A DNA stretch of 64,000 nt from a bacterium (GCA_029547225.1 JAKPPS010000040.1:42796-106795); one strand, 5' to 3'. Positions 29,624 through 41,900 are shown, counted from the first letter of the stretch. The notes: a model not told the origin generated them from the sequence alone. Numbers and translations: made by a program.

Positions 29624-31045
29624 TTACTTACGCTTGTATCTTAGTTTAACATATAAATAATAAAAATTCTTTATGATTCTAAAAATATCAAAAGCCCTTA
29701 TGAAACTGAGAAATAATCCTCTCGAATGAGTAAAAAATGCTGGTAGAATAAAACCTGATACGGACTGTGCGATAATCATTGAAATTGCTCCTCCTACAAT
29801 ACCAACCTTCGGTATCAATATAACTGAACAGACATATCCTATCAATAAACCAATTATTGTTTGTAAGATTGTAACCTTAGTTTTGTTTTCTATTACATTA
29901 TATTCAGAGAAAATCATACCTGTTACTATAAATACGCCATTCCACGTGATTAATTTTAGTGCAGGCAAAGCAGTCATATATTCATCTCCAAACAAAATTT
30001 TAATGATAAAACCACCTGCTACAGTAAAGAAAATCGACGCAAAAATACTTATCCATACTAATACATCTAAAATATTTTGTATTCTTCGCCAATATAGATT
30101 TTTATCTGTCTTTTTTGCCAATATCAATGACGGAACAACCGATGATAATATCGCCGAAGGCACAAAAAGCCATATCTCAGAGAGTTTAATTGATACTCCA
30201 TAAATACCCAAATCTTGTGGCGTTAGTTTATCTCCTATAACTAACTGATCAATCCTTGAATAGATAGCAACAAAAATAGCTGATATTAGTAAGGGAAGAC
30301 CTTGCAACAATAAGTATTTTGCGCATGATTTATCGTATTTCCAAAAGAGTATTTTTTGTTTAGAAATACGAAACTGAATAATTAGTAAAACAGTTGCTAT
30401 TACCGTTTCAATAAAAAGTATTATTGCAAAGTAAATCAGGCCTTTGCTTGTTAATATGATTAGTACCTTTAAAGCACTCATTACTAAAAAGGCAATTGAT
30501 CTGGCTATAACAACATACTTAGACGCCACTTTGGATTGATACCAGAAATCAATAACATCAAAAGAGCTCAGAATATACCTAGATGAAAGGATAATAATTA
30601 TTGGCAATAATACAAAATCTAACTGTGGGTTTGTAGCTATTTTGTAATATGTGAAAATAGTTGAAAGAGCTATAACTACAAAACCACCGACAAGTTTAAT
30701 TACAAATGCTGTACCCAAAATAGTATTGCTTTCTTTGCTAATCCTATTATTAATCTCTTTTTCTTCAGTAAATTTATTTGAAGGAACAATTTTCTGAGTT
30801 ATATCACGAATAATTATGCTATCTAATCCAAGAAAAGAAAATACGGAAAAGATCCCAATAATCACTAAAGCGTAGTTGAAAATTCCCATATCGCTAGGTC
30901 CCAGGTACCGTGCCATCCACGCTGATAAAAACACATTGACTAGTAGTTGTACTATCCTATTTGCCAATAGCCAGAATGTGTTTGGCAATACTTTCCTGAT
31001 TAAAGGTCTTTCAGAGAGATAGTTTAGAAATGGGTCTTTGCTCAT
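29624..31045 (-). CDS. wzx: Wzx-like polysaccharide flippase (MOP superfamily, Polysacc_synt)
   Basis: 473 aa with about 12 TMs. N-terminal 'LLANRIVQLLVNVFLSAWMARYLGPSDMGIFNYALVIIGIF' matches Polysacc_synt family starts. Confidence 0.65.
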   Translation of the reverse strand: MSKDPFLNYLSERPLIRKVLPNTFWLLANRIVQLLVNVFLSAWMARYLGPSDMGIFNYALVIIGIFSVFSFLGLDSIIIRDITQKIVPSNKFTEEKEINNRISKESNTILGTAFVIKLVGGFVVIALSTIFTYYKIATNPQLDFVLLPIIIILSSRYILSSFDVIDFWYQSKVASKYVVIARSIAFLVMSALKVLIILTSKGLIYFAIILFIETVIATVLLIIQFRISKQKILFWKYDKSCAKYLLLQGLPLLISAIFVAIYSRIDQLVIGDKLTPQDLGIYGVSIKLSEIWLFVPSAILSSVVPSLILAKKTDKNLYWRRIQNILDVLVWISIFASIFFTVAGGFIIKILFGDEYMTALPALKLITWNGVFIVTGMIFSEYNVIENKTKVTILQTIIGLLIGYVCSVILIPKVGIVGGAISMIIAQSVSGFILPAFFTHSRGLFLSFIRAFDIFRIIKNFYYLYVKLRYKRK

Positions 31046-31135
31046 CTCTTTATTTTATCACAATTTTCAATATCCTTTGATTCAAATAAACTTCAAAGCC
31101 AAAACGTATTCAGAAATTCCACATAATTAGAAACA

Positions 31136-33397
31136 TTATTTCTTTAAAATTTTCTCAATATACTCAGAAATCAATTCTTCTGGCCTTTTCTTTGAATTAA
31201 TGTTCGCATGCAGATCAAGAAACCTATTTGCATATTCTCTTACATTCTGTTTCCTTGCCTTCTTAATCTCAGTTTTTATTGCTTTTGCTAATGATTTCGC
31301 ATCTGTACTTATACTATATGCTCCTAAGGGTTCCTGAAATTTTATTACTTTCTCTCCAATCGGATTATGATAAACAACAGGCTTACCTAACGCTAAAGAT
31401 TCGATTATTGCTCCAGAAAACCTCGAAATGAAAATTGTTCCTTTGCGAACGCAATCATACATACTTTCGTTTGTGACATTATACTCTGATAGATCCCCAT
31501 TATCAGCCGGATGTTGAGATAAAATATAATCAATACCTGCCCGTTTACACCCTTCTATAGCTGTCTTTACAAATAGATCTCTTTTATCGGTCAATACGCC
31601 ATATGAGAAATTTACATTTATCAATGCAATTGGTTTGTCAGGAAATTGGACTTCTTCTTCGTAAAGTTTTCGTACCATAGGTAGTCCAGACACAAATACT
31701 TTTTCTTTTCGATCAGAAAAGAATTGGGTATCGTATTCTCCAGGAACAAAAAGATACTCTGTAGTTCGATATGGATACAAATGTGTTGAGAATCCACAAT
31801 CCAGTTTCAAATAGTCACTTACCCCTTCATTGATAGCGAATGTTGGGATACCTTTTATTCGAAGCTTTCGAATAATTTGATTAAGCTTATTAATATCGTT
31901 AAAAGTAATTAATGCTAATGGAGACTTTTTATCGAAACCGTTTACATCAAAATCAGTACTATTAATAATAACTATTGCCTTTGGGAAATTGTTATATTCT
32001 ATTTTGTTTAGCGAACGTTTTCCTCCGAGATGATACTTAGTATTATCAATTATTACGACTTCAAGATTTTTCTTTCTCATTATTGATGAAACCTTAATTG
32101 CATTTCTCAATTGATAATCAACATCACACCAGATGAATATTGTTCGAGAATATGAATATATATAATTATTTGTATCCGTAGGCTCATTATTCTGGTTTGA
32201 CAAAGCAATCGCTTTGTTGGCGATCTTATTCAAAATTTTGTTTTTAATCATAAGGATTTTCGTTCTATTATTCTTAGTTTGAGATAATTCTTTACGAAGT
32301 CTGTTAATTTTATTTTTTAATTTCTCAAATTTCCCTTCAGAAAATTTTGAATCGTTTTTGAGTTCTTCATACTTCTCAGCAATTTTTTCAACAAATTGTA
32401 CTTTAGTATGGTTGAGTTGAGCAATCAAACTTATTGCTTTAATAATTTGGACTGTGATGTTTCCCTCATTAGCAATAATCTCATTGTATTCGGATGTATA
32501 TCGAATTCGATTGAATAATTCATGAATTAGCAAATATTTTTCACTATTTGAATTTTTGTATTGTAAGATCCGATTAAATAAAGTATTAAATGCAATTAAC
32601 AAACCATTCCAGTAATCTGACTTTATCGCTGAATATAAGCCAATACCACCGAATTTTCTTACTTCTAGTGGAATAGATTCCATACCAGTAATAAAGCCCT
32701 CAATGTTTTCTTTCGTAATTCTACTCGTTATAGATTTTTCACGAGAAAGCCAGTAATAATATATCCCATCATCAAAATAACAGCTTCTTGCATATAAGTG
32801 TAATTTAAAAACAGTTGATATGTCTTCATGCAAACCATCAGGAAATAAAATCTTGTTTTCCGTAAATAAAGATTTACGAATTAGTCTATTCCATGCTGTC
32901 AGAGTCAAGCTTAGATTTGCAAGATTTCTTAACATCACTAATCTATCAGCATTGTATTTCTCAGAACTGTTATCAAATCTTGAGCTGTACAACACTTCAC
33001 CCTTTTCTGAGATTTTGTTGAAACCACCTGTAACAATATCCGCATTTCTTAATAAAGCACCATTGAACAACATTTCTAAAGTGACTGGATCTATATAGTC
33101 GTCGCTATCAATAAAATATAGGTATTCTCCATCAGCATATTTGATGCCTCGATTACGAGTCAAACCTAATCCAATATTCTTTTTGTTTCGTAATAATTTA
33201 AAATTGCTCTTACCTTTTACAAATTTCTCAGCAATTCTTAAAGAAGAATCTGAAGATTTATCATCAATTATTATTACTTCATAATCTGTACTTCTAAGAG
33301 TTTGCTCTTGTAAGCTTAATAGACACTTTTCTAAGTATTTTTCTACATTGTATACAGGCACAATAACACTAACTTTAATATTGCTTATATTTTTCAT
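31136..33397 (-). CDS. Bifunctional glycosyltransferase: N-terminal GT2 + C-terminal TagF/capsule-synthesis-like (CDP-glycerol glycerophosphotransferase fold) domain
   Basis: N-terminal 'VSVIVPVYNVEKYLEKCLLSLQEQTL..YEVIIIDDKSSDSS', 'FIDSDD'. C-terminal 'ILSQHP...FISRFSGAIIESLALGKPVVYHNP' resembles the TagB/TagF 'K.HP ... LITDYSS' motifs. Confidence 0.55.
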   Translation of the reverse strand: MKNISNIKVSVIVPVYNVEKYLEKCLLSLQEQTLRSTDYEVIIIDDKSSDSSLRIAEKFVKGKSNFKLLRNKKNIGLGLTRNRGIKYADGEYLYFIDSDDYIDPVTLEMLFNGALLRNADIVTGGFNKISEKGEVLYSSRFDNSSEKYNADRLVMLRNLANLSLTLTAWNRLIRKSLFTENKILFPDGLHEDISTVFKLHLYARSCYFDDGIYYYWLSREKSITSRITKENIEGFITGMESIPLEVRKFGGIGLYSAIKSDYWNGLLIAFNTLFNRILQYKNSNSEKYLLIHELFNRIRYTSEYNEIIANEGNITVQIIKAISLIAQLNHTKVQFVEKIAEKYEELKNDSKFSEGKFEKLKNKINRLRKELSQTKNNRTKILMIKNKILNKIANKAIALSNQNNEPTDTNNYIYSYSRTIFIWCDVDYQLRNAIKVSSIMRKKNLEVVIIDNTKYHLGGKRSLNKIEYNNFPKAIVIINSTDFDVNGFDKKSPLALITFNDINKLNQIIRKLRIKGIPTFAINEGVSDYLKLDCGFSTHLYPYRTTEYLFVPGEYDTQFFSDRKEKVFVSGLPMVRKLYEEEVQFPDKPIALINVNFSYGVLTDKRDLFVKTAIEGCKRAGIDYILSQHPADNGDLSEYNVTNESMYDCVRKGTIFISRFSGAIIESLALGKPVVYHNPIGEKVIKFQEPLGAYSISTDAKSLAKAIKTEIKKARKQNVREYANRFLDLHANINSKKRPEELISEYIEKILKK

Positions 33398-33610
33398 GTC
33401 AGGTGATAATTACTTAATCAATGTACATTATACCAGACAATACAATTATATTTTATACTTCAATTAGTATTTCTTTCTTGATATACTAATACTTATCAAA
33501 CAATAAATTTATTAATTCTTAACATAGTAAACACTTTACTAAAGAAAGCCAGAGTAATTCTCTCAAGTAACTACGTAAAAGTTATATCTATTGCACTTCT
33601 TGGAAACATA

Positions 33611-34885
33611 TTGCAAGTGGTGGCTTTTTATGGGCAAAGAACTCTAACAGCAGATTCATTAGCAATAATCAATTTTAGCATATATTTTGTAGCGCTATCA
33701 GGGATAATTACAGATTCATTTACAAAATGGCTAACTATTGAATTAAGCTCGCGAGAGATCAAAGAGCGAATAATGTATTTAGTGTCGAACTTCCTTAGAA
33801 TCGTTACTATAATTGACTCAGTAATAATAATTATCGGAATAATAATATATATCACAACTCCTTCTTTACATAATAGTCTTGGTATAACAATTCTAATATT
33901 ATGCTCAATATCTGGGATGCTGTCGGGGATTTCATCTTTTTTTACTTCATATTTTTCAGCTCAAGGCAGATTCTCTATTGTTTCTGCATTAACACTAATT
34001 CTACCCATAACAAGAATTATTTTTACTTTTTTTATCCTTAATGACAGCAATCCTTGGGTTGTATCGTTATCTTATGTCGTAACAGCAGCAATAACTTTAT
34101 TATTCAATATTGTAATATTATCTAAGATTAGTCACCACAATTTCCGAGATATTGTGGGTAGCTTATCTAATAAGGATAATTTTTCTAAAAATTTAAAAAG
34201 CTCAACACTATTTATTATTGAAAACGCATTAATACAGATATGCTTAGGAGCATTTTATATACTCGATGGATTGATACTAAAAGAGATTATAAGTTCTTAT
34301 GATTATACTGTTTACACCTCATTAGCTTATATCTACAAATTTCCACTTTTTTTATCAATAAGTATCTCAATTATACTACTCGGACAAAATGTTGTAGAAA
34401 TAAGTGATACTAATGCGACGCAGGAATATAAAAAAGACAATCTAATCTCAGAAATTTCTAATAAAGATAATACTCAAATTACAAAAAGAAGTGATAAAAT
34501 AAAAAGAACATTTTTTATTAGCTTACTTTTAATATTTGCTTCTTTTGGTTCATTAATTGTTATTGATACACTTTTCCCTGGTCTGATACTTGATATACTC
34601 GGATATGGACAATACTATTCTAGATATCTTTCATTGATAATGGGATTTGCTTGGATGGCAAATACAACATTATATTTCATTTTCGTTTATTTTCTCAAAG
34701 CATATAAAGATAGCTATATTTTCAAAATGCTAATAATATTCTATGCCGTTTCTCTAATAGCTTCGATTATTCTTACAGGAAATGACTTAAATAAAATTAT
34801 TTTCTATATTTTGATTATACCAATTATTTATGTTATTATTACATCGATAACAGGTTATTTTGTTAAGAAGAAACGTAACCAATAA
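33611..34885 (+). CDS. Polytopic membrane protein, possible polysaccharide transporter/polymerase (hypothetical)
   Basis: 424 aa with 10 or more TMs, in glycan-cluster context. The start codon is uncertain (TTG; upstream in-frame stop). Confidence 0.35.
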   Translation: MQVVAFYGQRTLTADSLAIINFSIYFVALSGIITDSFTKWLTIELSSREIKERIMYLVSNFLRIVTIIDSVIIIIGIIIYITTPSLHNSLGITILILCSISGMLSGISSFFTSYFSAQGRFSIVSALTLILPITRIIFTFFILNDSNPWVVSLSYVVTAAITLLFNIVILSKISHHNFRDIVGSLSNKDNFSKNLKSSTLFIIENALIQICLGAFYILDGLILKEIISSYDYTVYTSLAYIYKFPLFLSISISIILLGQNVVEISDTNATQEYKKDNLISEISNKDNTQITKRSDKIKRTFFISLLLIFASFGSLIVIDTLFPGLILDILGYGQYYSRYLSLIMGFAWMANTTLYFIFVYFLKAYKDSYIFKMLIIFYAVSLIASIILTGNDLNKIIFYILIIPIIYVIITSITGYFVKKKRNQ

Positions 34886-34924
34886 AATGGTATAATGATC
34901 AATTAATAACATAAGGAACATTTT

Positions 34925-35689
34925 ATGAGAAATTATTTTGAATTGCTTGACCAGTTTATATCGACAGATTTCAAGCTAAGATATAAAAATTCATACTTAG
35001 GTATTTTATGGATAATTTTGAAACCTCTTGCTTCTTTTGCTGTTATTTACATTATCTGGACAAATTTATTTCCACAATCACCAGATTTTAAAATGAGCTT
35101 ATTGCTTGGAATAATGATTATGAATTTGTTTAGTGAATCGATTATGATGGGGATGACTTCGCTTTCAACAAAAGCTGGAATTATTCTCAAAGTACGATTT
35201 CCAAGAGAGGTTTCAGTTTTCAGCGCAGTAACTATTTCTCTATTCGACTTTGCAATTAACATGATAATATTTACTGCTTTTGCAATTTGGAACCCAATTG
35301 ATATTTCTTTTATTGGAATCATACTTTTCATTTTAAGTATTTTCAGCATATATTTTATTACTACCGGTATAAGTCTTTTTTTAAGTATTATGTTTATTAG
35401 GCTTCGAGATTTGAATAATCTCGTTTCTGTAGTACTACAGCTATTTTTTTGGATGACACCAGTATATTATAAAATTGAAATGCTACCAGAAAATTTACAG
35501 AAAATTATTTCTTTAAATCCAATGACACATATTGTCACACTAGCTCGCAGAGGACTTCTAGGAGCAAGTAATATTGCAACTGATGACTTTTGGCAAATTG
35601 GAATTGTATTCGTATTATCACTTATTGTTTTTGGAATCGGTGTCCTTTTTTTCAAGAAAAGAGTATATAAAATTGCTGAATATTTTTAA
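34925..35689 (+). CDS. ABC-2 polysaccharide/teichoic-acid exporter permease (second Wzm/TagG-like)
   Basis: 'DFKLRYKNSYLGILWIILKPLASFAVIYIIWTNLF' ABC-2 signature. Six TMs. Confidence 0.85.
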   Translation: MRNYFELLDQFISTDFKLRYKNSYLGILWIILKPLASFAVIYIIWTNLFPQSPDFKMSLLLGIMIMNLFSESIMMGMTSLSTKAGIILKVRFPREVSVFSAVTISLFDFAINMIIFTAFAIWNPIDISFIGIILFILSIFSIYFITTGISLFLSIMFIRLRDLNNLVSVVLQLFFWMTPVYYKIEMLPENLQKIISLNPMTHIVTLARRGLLGASNIATDDFWQIGIVFVLSLIVFGIGVLFFKKRVYKIAEYF

Positions 35690-36426
35690 TGGAACAAAAA
35701 CCAGTAATAGAAGTAAAGGACGTAAGTAAATCATTTTATCTTCCTCATGAAAGACATGATACTCTTGTTGAATACCTTACTAATCCAATTAGATTATTTC
35801 GCCGAAATGGTGAAATGTATCAGGTATTGAAAGATATTGATCTCAAAGTATACCCAGGCGAGTTCTTAGGGATTATGGGCAGAAATGGTTGTGGGAAATC
35901 AACATTACTTAAAATAATAGCCGGAATTTACGCGCCAACTACTGGTAAAATTATCATTAATGGTTCAGTAGCTCCATTTCTTGAATTAGGTGTCGGATTT
36001 AACCAAGAACTATCTGGTAGAGAAAATGTGTTTTTAAACGGGATAATACTTGGAATGAACAAGAAAAAGATACGACAAAAATATGATGAAATTGTTCAGT
36101 TCGCAGAATTAGAAAAATTTATGGAAATGCCTTTAAAAAACTATTCGTCAGGAATGAAAGTCAGATTAGCTTTTTCCATTGCAATTATGACTGATGCAGA
36201 GATTTACATACTTGATGAAGTTTTATCTGTAGGAGATATTGCATTTCAAAAGAAATGTGATGGTGTATTTGCAAAATTTAAAAAAGATAAAAAGACAGTC
36301 ATACTTGTAACACATAGCGCGGATGCTGTAAAAAAACTTTGTACTAGAGCAGTTTTTCTAAAAGATGGTATCATGCACGATTATCACGATTTAAATAAAG
36401 TTGTTGAAGCATATATCAATGGCTAG
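35689..36426 (+). CDS. ABC-2 exporter ATP-binding protein (second, short Wzt/TagH-like without C-terminal binding domain)
   Basis: Walker A 'GIMGRNGCGKST', 'YSSGMKVRLAF', Walker B 'IYILDEVLSVGD'. Its start overlaps the permease stop. Confidence 0.9.
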   Translation: MEQKPVIEVKDVSKSFYLPHERHDTLVEYLTNPIRLFRRNGEMYQVLKDIDLKVYPGEFLGIMGRNGCGKSTLLKIIAGIYAPTTGKIIINGSVAPFLELGVGFNQELSGRENVFLNGIILGMNKKKIRQKYDEIVQFAELEKFMEMPLKNYSSGMKVRLAFSIAIMTDAEIYILDEVLSVGDIAFQKKCDGVFAKFKKDKKTVILVTHSADAVKKLCTRAVFLKDGIMHDYHDLNKVVEAYING

Positions 36427-37666
36427 CAGGTTGACCCTAAAAGTAAAAAAATTTAAGGAGATATTACGATTTGAGTCCATTGAATTACTAAGATTATTAA
36501 GATTAAAAAGTGTTTTATCGAGCAAGATCGAAGCAGATAGAAGCGCAGTTTCCGAAATAATTGCTGAATCAATTGATTTTAACAGAAGAACAATTATTGT
36601 CCTGCCAAATATTACTTGGGGATATAGAAAACAAAGACCTCAACATATTTTTTCAAGGTTAGCAAAGAAGGGCTTTAATATATTTTGGGTTTCACAATTC
36701 ACTTCAGATAAAGAAACAATTGAGAAAATTGATGAGAACATTTATCAGTTAAACCTTAAAACACTTAATAATGGTAAATTGTTAAGAGATTTTCATATAG
36801 ATGATGCGAATGCACAGGAAGCTTTCCAATCAATAAAAAGATTGATCGGTAGAAAATTAAAGAAGGACAGTATATTATTTACCCTTCACCCTGCCTGGTA
36901 CTATCTAACACAGAAATTTAAACAAATCATCAAGATTTATGATCTAATGGATCTTTACGAAGGATTTTCTGATTCAAAAAAAGAACTAATAGAAAAAGAA
37001 AAGGAATTAATTTTACAAGCTGATTTAGTGTTTGCTACTGCAGAAAATTTACTCAAGAATGCTAAAGATTTAAATTCTAATTCTTTTTTAATTAGAAATG
37101 GAGCAGATTATGATAATTTCAAGGAAATTTCCCCGAGTGGAGTTCTCGATTGTATTTCAAGCAAGAAGATTATTGGATATTTTGGATCGATGTCAGATTG
37201 GTTAGATGTAAAGAGTATCGAATACCTCGCAAAAAATAACCCTGATTTAAATTTAGTTTTCATTGGCAAAATCAACAGTCGATCAATAAGACATTTATAC
37301 AAATACAAAAATATATATTTATTGGGCGAAATCGAATATCAATATTTACGCTGTTATCTAGCTTATTTTGATGTCTGTATAATTCCTTTTATTATTAATG
37401 ACCTAATTCAGAATACGGATCCAGTAAAATTTTATGAATATATATCTGCTGGCAAACCAGTAGTAACAAATGTATTACCAGAATTGAAAAAGTATAAGGA
37501 TATCTGTTATGTATATAAATCTCCGAATAGTTTCAATCGAAAGGTATTAAAAGCTCTAAAAGAGAATGATCCTCAAATTGTTGCCAAACGAAAAATAATT
37601 GCCCGAAATAATAGTTGGGATAAGAGAGTTATTGAAATACTAAATTGCATAAGTTCCATAGAATGA
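36401..37666 (+). CDS. Glycosyltransferase, GT-B fold (paralog A)
   Basis: C-terminal 'FDVCIIPFIINDLIQNTDPVKFYEYISAGKPVVT' matches the GT1/GT4 'K..EY...G.PVV' motif. Paralogous to the next gene. Confidence 0.55.
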   Translation: MLKHISMASRLTLKVKKFKEILRFESIELLRLLRLKSVLSSKIEADRSAVSEIIAESIDFNRRTIIVLPNITWGYRKQRPQHIFSRLAKKGFNIFWVSQFTSDKETIEKIDENIYQLNLKTLNNGKLLRDFHIDDANAQEAFQSIKRLIGRKLKKDSILFTLHPAWYYLTQKFKQIIKIYDLMDLYEGFSDSKKELIEKEKELILQADLVFATAENLLKNAKDLNSNSFLIRNGADYDNFKEISPSGVLDCISSKKIIGYFGSMSDWLDVKSIEYLAKNNPDLNLVFIGKINSRSIRHLYKYKNIYLLGEIEYQYLRCYLAYFDVCIIPFIINDLIQNTDPVKFYEYISAGKPVVTNVLPELKKYKDICYVYKSPNSFNRKVLKALKENDPQIVAKRKIIARNNSWDKRVIEILNCISSIE

Positions 37667-38940
37667 AGCTTAAAAAAATAATCAAAACTATAGCAGAAAA
37701 AACTCATATAATGTTTTTTTGGAATGTTTATAAAATTTATAAACTTAATGGCTCAAAGAAGGCTTACAAGATTATAAAAAATAAAGTATTCAATTTATTC
37801 ATTTCAAATAAGAAATTAAAGTCAAATTTCCTTAGAAAAATAGAGAGTATTATTGACAATATAGAAAAAGATCAAAAGGTAATAATATCTCTATCCTTTA
37901 TTGATTGGGATATACCACTCTTCCAAAGACCTCAGCATCTCGCATTACAGCTTGCAAATAAAGGTATTATATATTTTTATTGTACATTACAAAATAGTAA
38001 TCTAAAATATTTCATAGAAAAGCAAGCAGAAAACCTTTACGTTCTAGATGAATTCGACATTATTCTTGAAAAAGTTAAAAATAAAGATAAATATTTACAT
38101 GTTCTTTCAACAAATTATTTCAAGCAAGACACGGAAAGAATAGAAAAAGCTATTTCACTGGGTTATAAGATAATATATGAATATATCGATGAAATTTCCG
38201 AGGATATCACAGGTGAGAAGATAGAGAATTTTGTATTTGAAAGGCATAAAAAACTATTAAAGGATGAATCAAATTGTATTGTAATTGCAACAGCAGATAA
38301 GCTTTACCAGGAAGTATTAAAATATCGGCAAAAGAATTGCAAACTAATCACAAATGGAGTAAATGTCAACCATTTCAGAGATAATCATTATCTCGTTCCT
38401 AAAAGCATCAGAAAGATTACATCTCAAAATAAAACAATAATTGGATATTATGGTGCACTTGCAAAATGGATAGACTACAAACTTATGTCTGAGATAGCAG
38501 CCAAAAGAAATGATTGGAATATAGTATTATTGGGAGTAATTTATGATCAAGAAATATACAAATCAGATATAATAAGAGCTAAAAATGTTTACATATTACC
38601 CCCAGTACATTACAATACGATACCAACCTATGGAAAATGCTTTGATGTGTGTATTATTCCTTTTAAGATAAATGATATTACAAAATCAACATCTCCAATC
38701 AAGCTTTTTGAATATATGGCTTTGGGTAAACCAATAGTAACAACGCCTATGCCAGAATGCAAAAAATATAAATCTGTATATATTGCAGATAATAGAGCCG
38801 ATGATTTTATTGAAAAGATTAACTTGGCCTTAAAAAATAACAGCAAGAGATATCAAAAGCTTCTTGAAAAGGAGGCTCTTGAGAACGATTGGAGCTCAAA
38901 AGCGGATGAGATAATTAATTTAATTAGTCGTAAGTTATGA
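37645..38940 (+). CDS. Glycosyltransferase, GT-B fold (paralog B)
   Basis: 'FDVCIIPFKINDITKSTSPIKLFEYMALGKPIVTT' is nearly identical to the block in paralog A. It also shares the N-terminal 'QRPQH' motif. 22-nt overlap with paralog A. Confidence 0.55.
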   Translation: MHKFHRMKLKKIIKTIAEKTHIMFFWNVYKIYKLNGSKKAYKIIKNKVFNLFISNKKLKSNFLRKIESIIDNIEKDQKVIISLSFIDWDIPLFQRPQHLALQLANKGIIYFYCTLQNSNLKYFIEKQAENLYVLDEFDIILEKVKNKDKYLHVLSTNYFKQDTERIEKAISLGYKIIYEYIDEISEDITGEKIENFVFERHKKLLKDESNCIVIATADKLYQEVLKYRQKNCKLITNGVNVNHFRDNHYLVPKSIRKITSQNKTIIGYYGALAKWIDYKLMSEIAAKRNDWNIVLLGVIYDQEIYKSDIIRAKNVYILPPVHYNTIPTYGKCFDVCIIPFKINDITKSTSPIKLFEYMALGKPIVTTPMPECKKYKSVYIADNRADDFIEKINLALKNNSKRYQKLLEKEALENDWSSKADEIINLISRKL

Positions 38941-41900
38941 GTCCCAAAATATCTGTAATTACCACAGTCTATAACACGGAAAAATACTTAGTGAGATGCC
39001 TTGATTCATTAATTCATCAGTCATATAAAAATATTGAGATTATTGTAGTCAATGATTGCTCTAAAGGTAATACTGATGAGATTATCAATAAATATTTACG
39101 TAAATATCAAAATATTAAGTACATAAAACATAATGTAAATAAGGGTTTATTCCACGCTCGATTAACTGGTGCTGATAGTGCTACAGGTGACTTTATTGCT
39201 TTTGTTGACAGTGATGATTATGTTTCTCAAGACTTTTATAGATCAATGATATTCAAAGCAATAAATGAAAATTCAGATATTACTTTCTCACAAGCAATAG
39301 AAGTGAATAATGGGAAAAATTATTTACAGAATCTTCAATATTATGATGATGAGAAACCTATCGAAGGAAATTGTCTAGATTACTATTTTGAACAAGAGGG
39401 TCTCAATTATCGATACTACACTGTATGGAACAAGATATTTCGAATGGATCTCTGGAAAAGCGCAAGACCTTATTATTCCAAGCAAAAAAAACATCTAATA
39501 ATGACTGAAGACATAGCTTTTACAACTGTTCTGTTCTCATATGCAACAAAAATCTCTACCTGTAAGAATGCATTTTATTATTATGTAAGAAATGAAGGCT
39601 CGTCAACAGTAAATACGAATATTTCTATAAATTCAATTAAAAAAAATATATCAGACATCTCAACAAGTTTTGATTTTGTAGAGAATTTTCTATTAAAAAG
39701 ACGACTATATAAAAGATATTCCAAGAAGTTTCTAGAATGGAAAAAATTATTCTCACGCACATATTACTCGAAAATAATCAACTTAAGTTTTACTCAAAAG
39801 GAGAAGAACACATTACTTCGGCAGCTTAAAAAGCACTTTAGTAAAAATTTTCAACTAACTATAAGTAAGGAATCTGATTTCTATTATTACTCGATTCGAA
39901 CTGAATACAATCATCATTACGAAGACATTCAAAACATGATTATTGACAAAAGAGTTAAATTGGTTAGCTTCGATATTTTTGATACTTTAGTATGGAGACC
40001 CCTGTTGTATCCAACGGATCTATTCTTACTAATGAACACATATTTTAAAGATCTATCGGGTTCAAACACTTTACTTGATTTCCAGAGGATACGTGTTGAA
40101 GCTGAGAAATATGCTCGCCAAAAAAGTATTAATGAGGAAATTACACTTACAGATATCTATAAAGAACTTGAAATAAGCTTTAATATCCCAAATCATATTA
40201 CCCAAAAGCTTAAACAGAGGGAAATCGAATTAGAATACAAATATACTAAAAGAAGAGAAAGTGTTTACAACATATTTCAACTTGCAAAATATCTCGGGAA
40301 AAAGATAATAATTACTTCCGATATGTATCTCCCAACAATAGTAATAAAGCAAATCCTTAAAAGTAATGGCTACGAAAACTATGATAAGTTATACCTTTCA
40401 TCGGAAACTAAGGTATCCAAATATACTGGATCTGTTTTCAAAAAAATGATTCAAGATTACAATCTTACGCCAAAAGAAATTGTGCATTTAGGAGATAACT
40501 ATCAAAGTGATTTTGAAACACCAAACAAGCTTAAGATTCAAGGAGTATTATTCCCTAAAGCCTCCGATATTTTTTTCAATTATTTTCCTCATTTAAATAA
40601 TACTGCTAACTGTGGAAGAATTTTTATTAAAAGATTGCCTGAATGGCGTAGCAATGCCGAATCTCTAAACTTTCTTGGCATAAGATCAATGATTGCACTA
40701 ATCGCAAACAAATATTTTGATAATCCATTTAGATCCTTCAATCCGAACACAAATTTCAATGGGGATCCATATTTCCTTGGATACTATGCCCTGGGAATGC
40801 ACTTATTTTCTGTAACAAAATGGCTAATCGAGAAGAGTATTGAGCGAAAGCATAAACAAATGGTTTTCCTGGCTAGAGATGGATATCTACCTCTACAAGC
40901 ATGGGAAATACTCAATAAACACTATAAATGTAAAACAAACACTGTATATTTTCCCTTTTCGAGAAAAGCATCTATCAATTTGCTGATACAAAAACCAATT
41001 GATTTATATACTATAACCGAATACATAAATATTGATAAATACAATGGTACTAAAATTCTTAAACTAATTAAAAATGTTATTTCTAGCTATGATAAAGGAA
41101 TAAATAAAAAATATCTAAAGCTCGGTATTAAAGTAAATAAATATTTTTCTTCCTTGGATGAATTTAACAAATTTATTTCAGCAACCATAAAACTTTTATA
41201 TAGTCAAGAAAAGGTCAATCAGAATCAAGCAATATATAGTAAATACTTTGATAAATTCTTTGTTAGTAATTCAAGTATTTTCGATGTTGGATATAGCTGT
41301 AAGCCAGAAGCGATTTTTGCAAAACTAAGTAGAAGAAAATTGCAAACATACTTTATTAACATAAATAGTGATAAGGGACTATACTATTCAAAAGAATTCG
41401 GAGTAACTTTAGACACATTTTTCGATTATAAGCCATCACTAACCGGATATCTGAGAGAACTTTTTATTTCCGAACAATCAAGCTCATGTGTGTCATACGA
41501 CTTTGAAAACAATGAATTAATACCTGTTTTCGAGAAAACGAAATTTAGTTATTTCGAAAGAAATATTGTTCATAATATCCAAGAAGGTTCATTGAACTTC
41601 ATAAAAGATCTACTAAGCTACTTTAATGAAGAGCTTGATCTTCTATACATACAAAACTATTATGCGTCCCTTGCTCACGAACTATATATTCATTCCTCTA
41701 CTGAAACAGATAAACAAATATTTAGCCCAATAATATTTGAAGATTCTATCGCAGCTGGAAAATATAGTATTACGAATAAGTGGAACACCGACTTACTCTT
41801 TGGAAATCAAATTGATACTAATAAATTATTTACATTAGACTATTCAAACGTAAATAGCACAATGAATCTTCCAGCAAATTATTCATATCAGCCCAAAATA

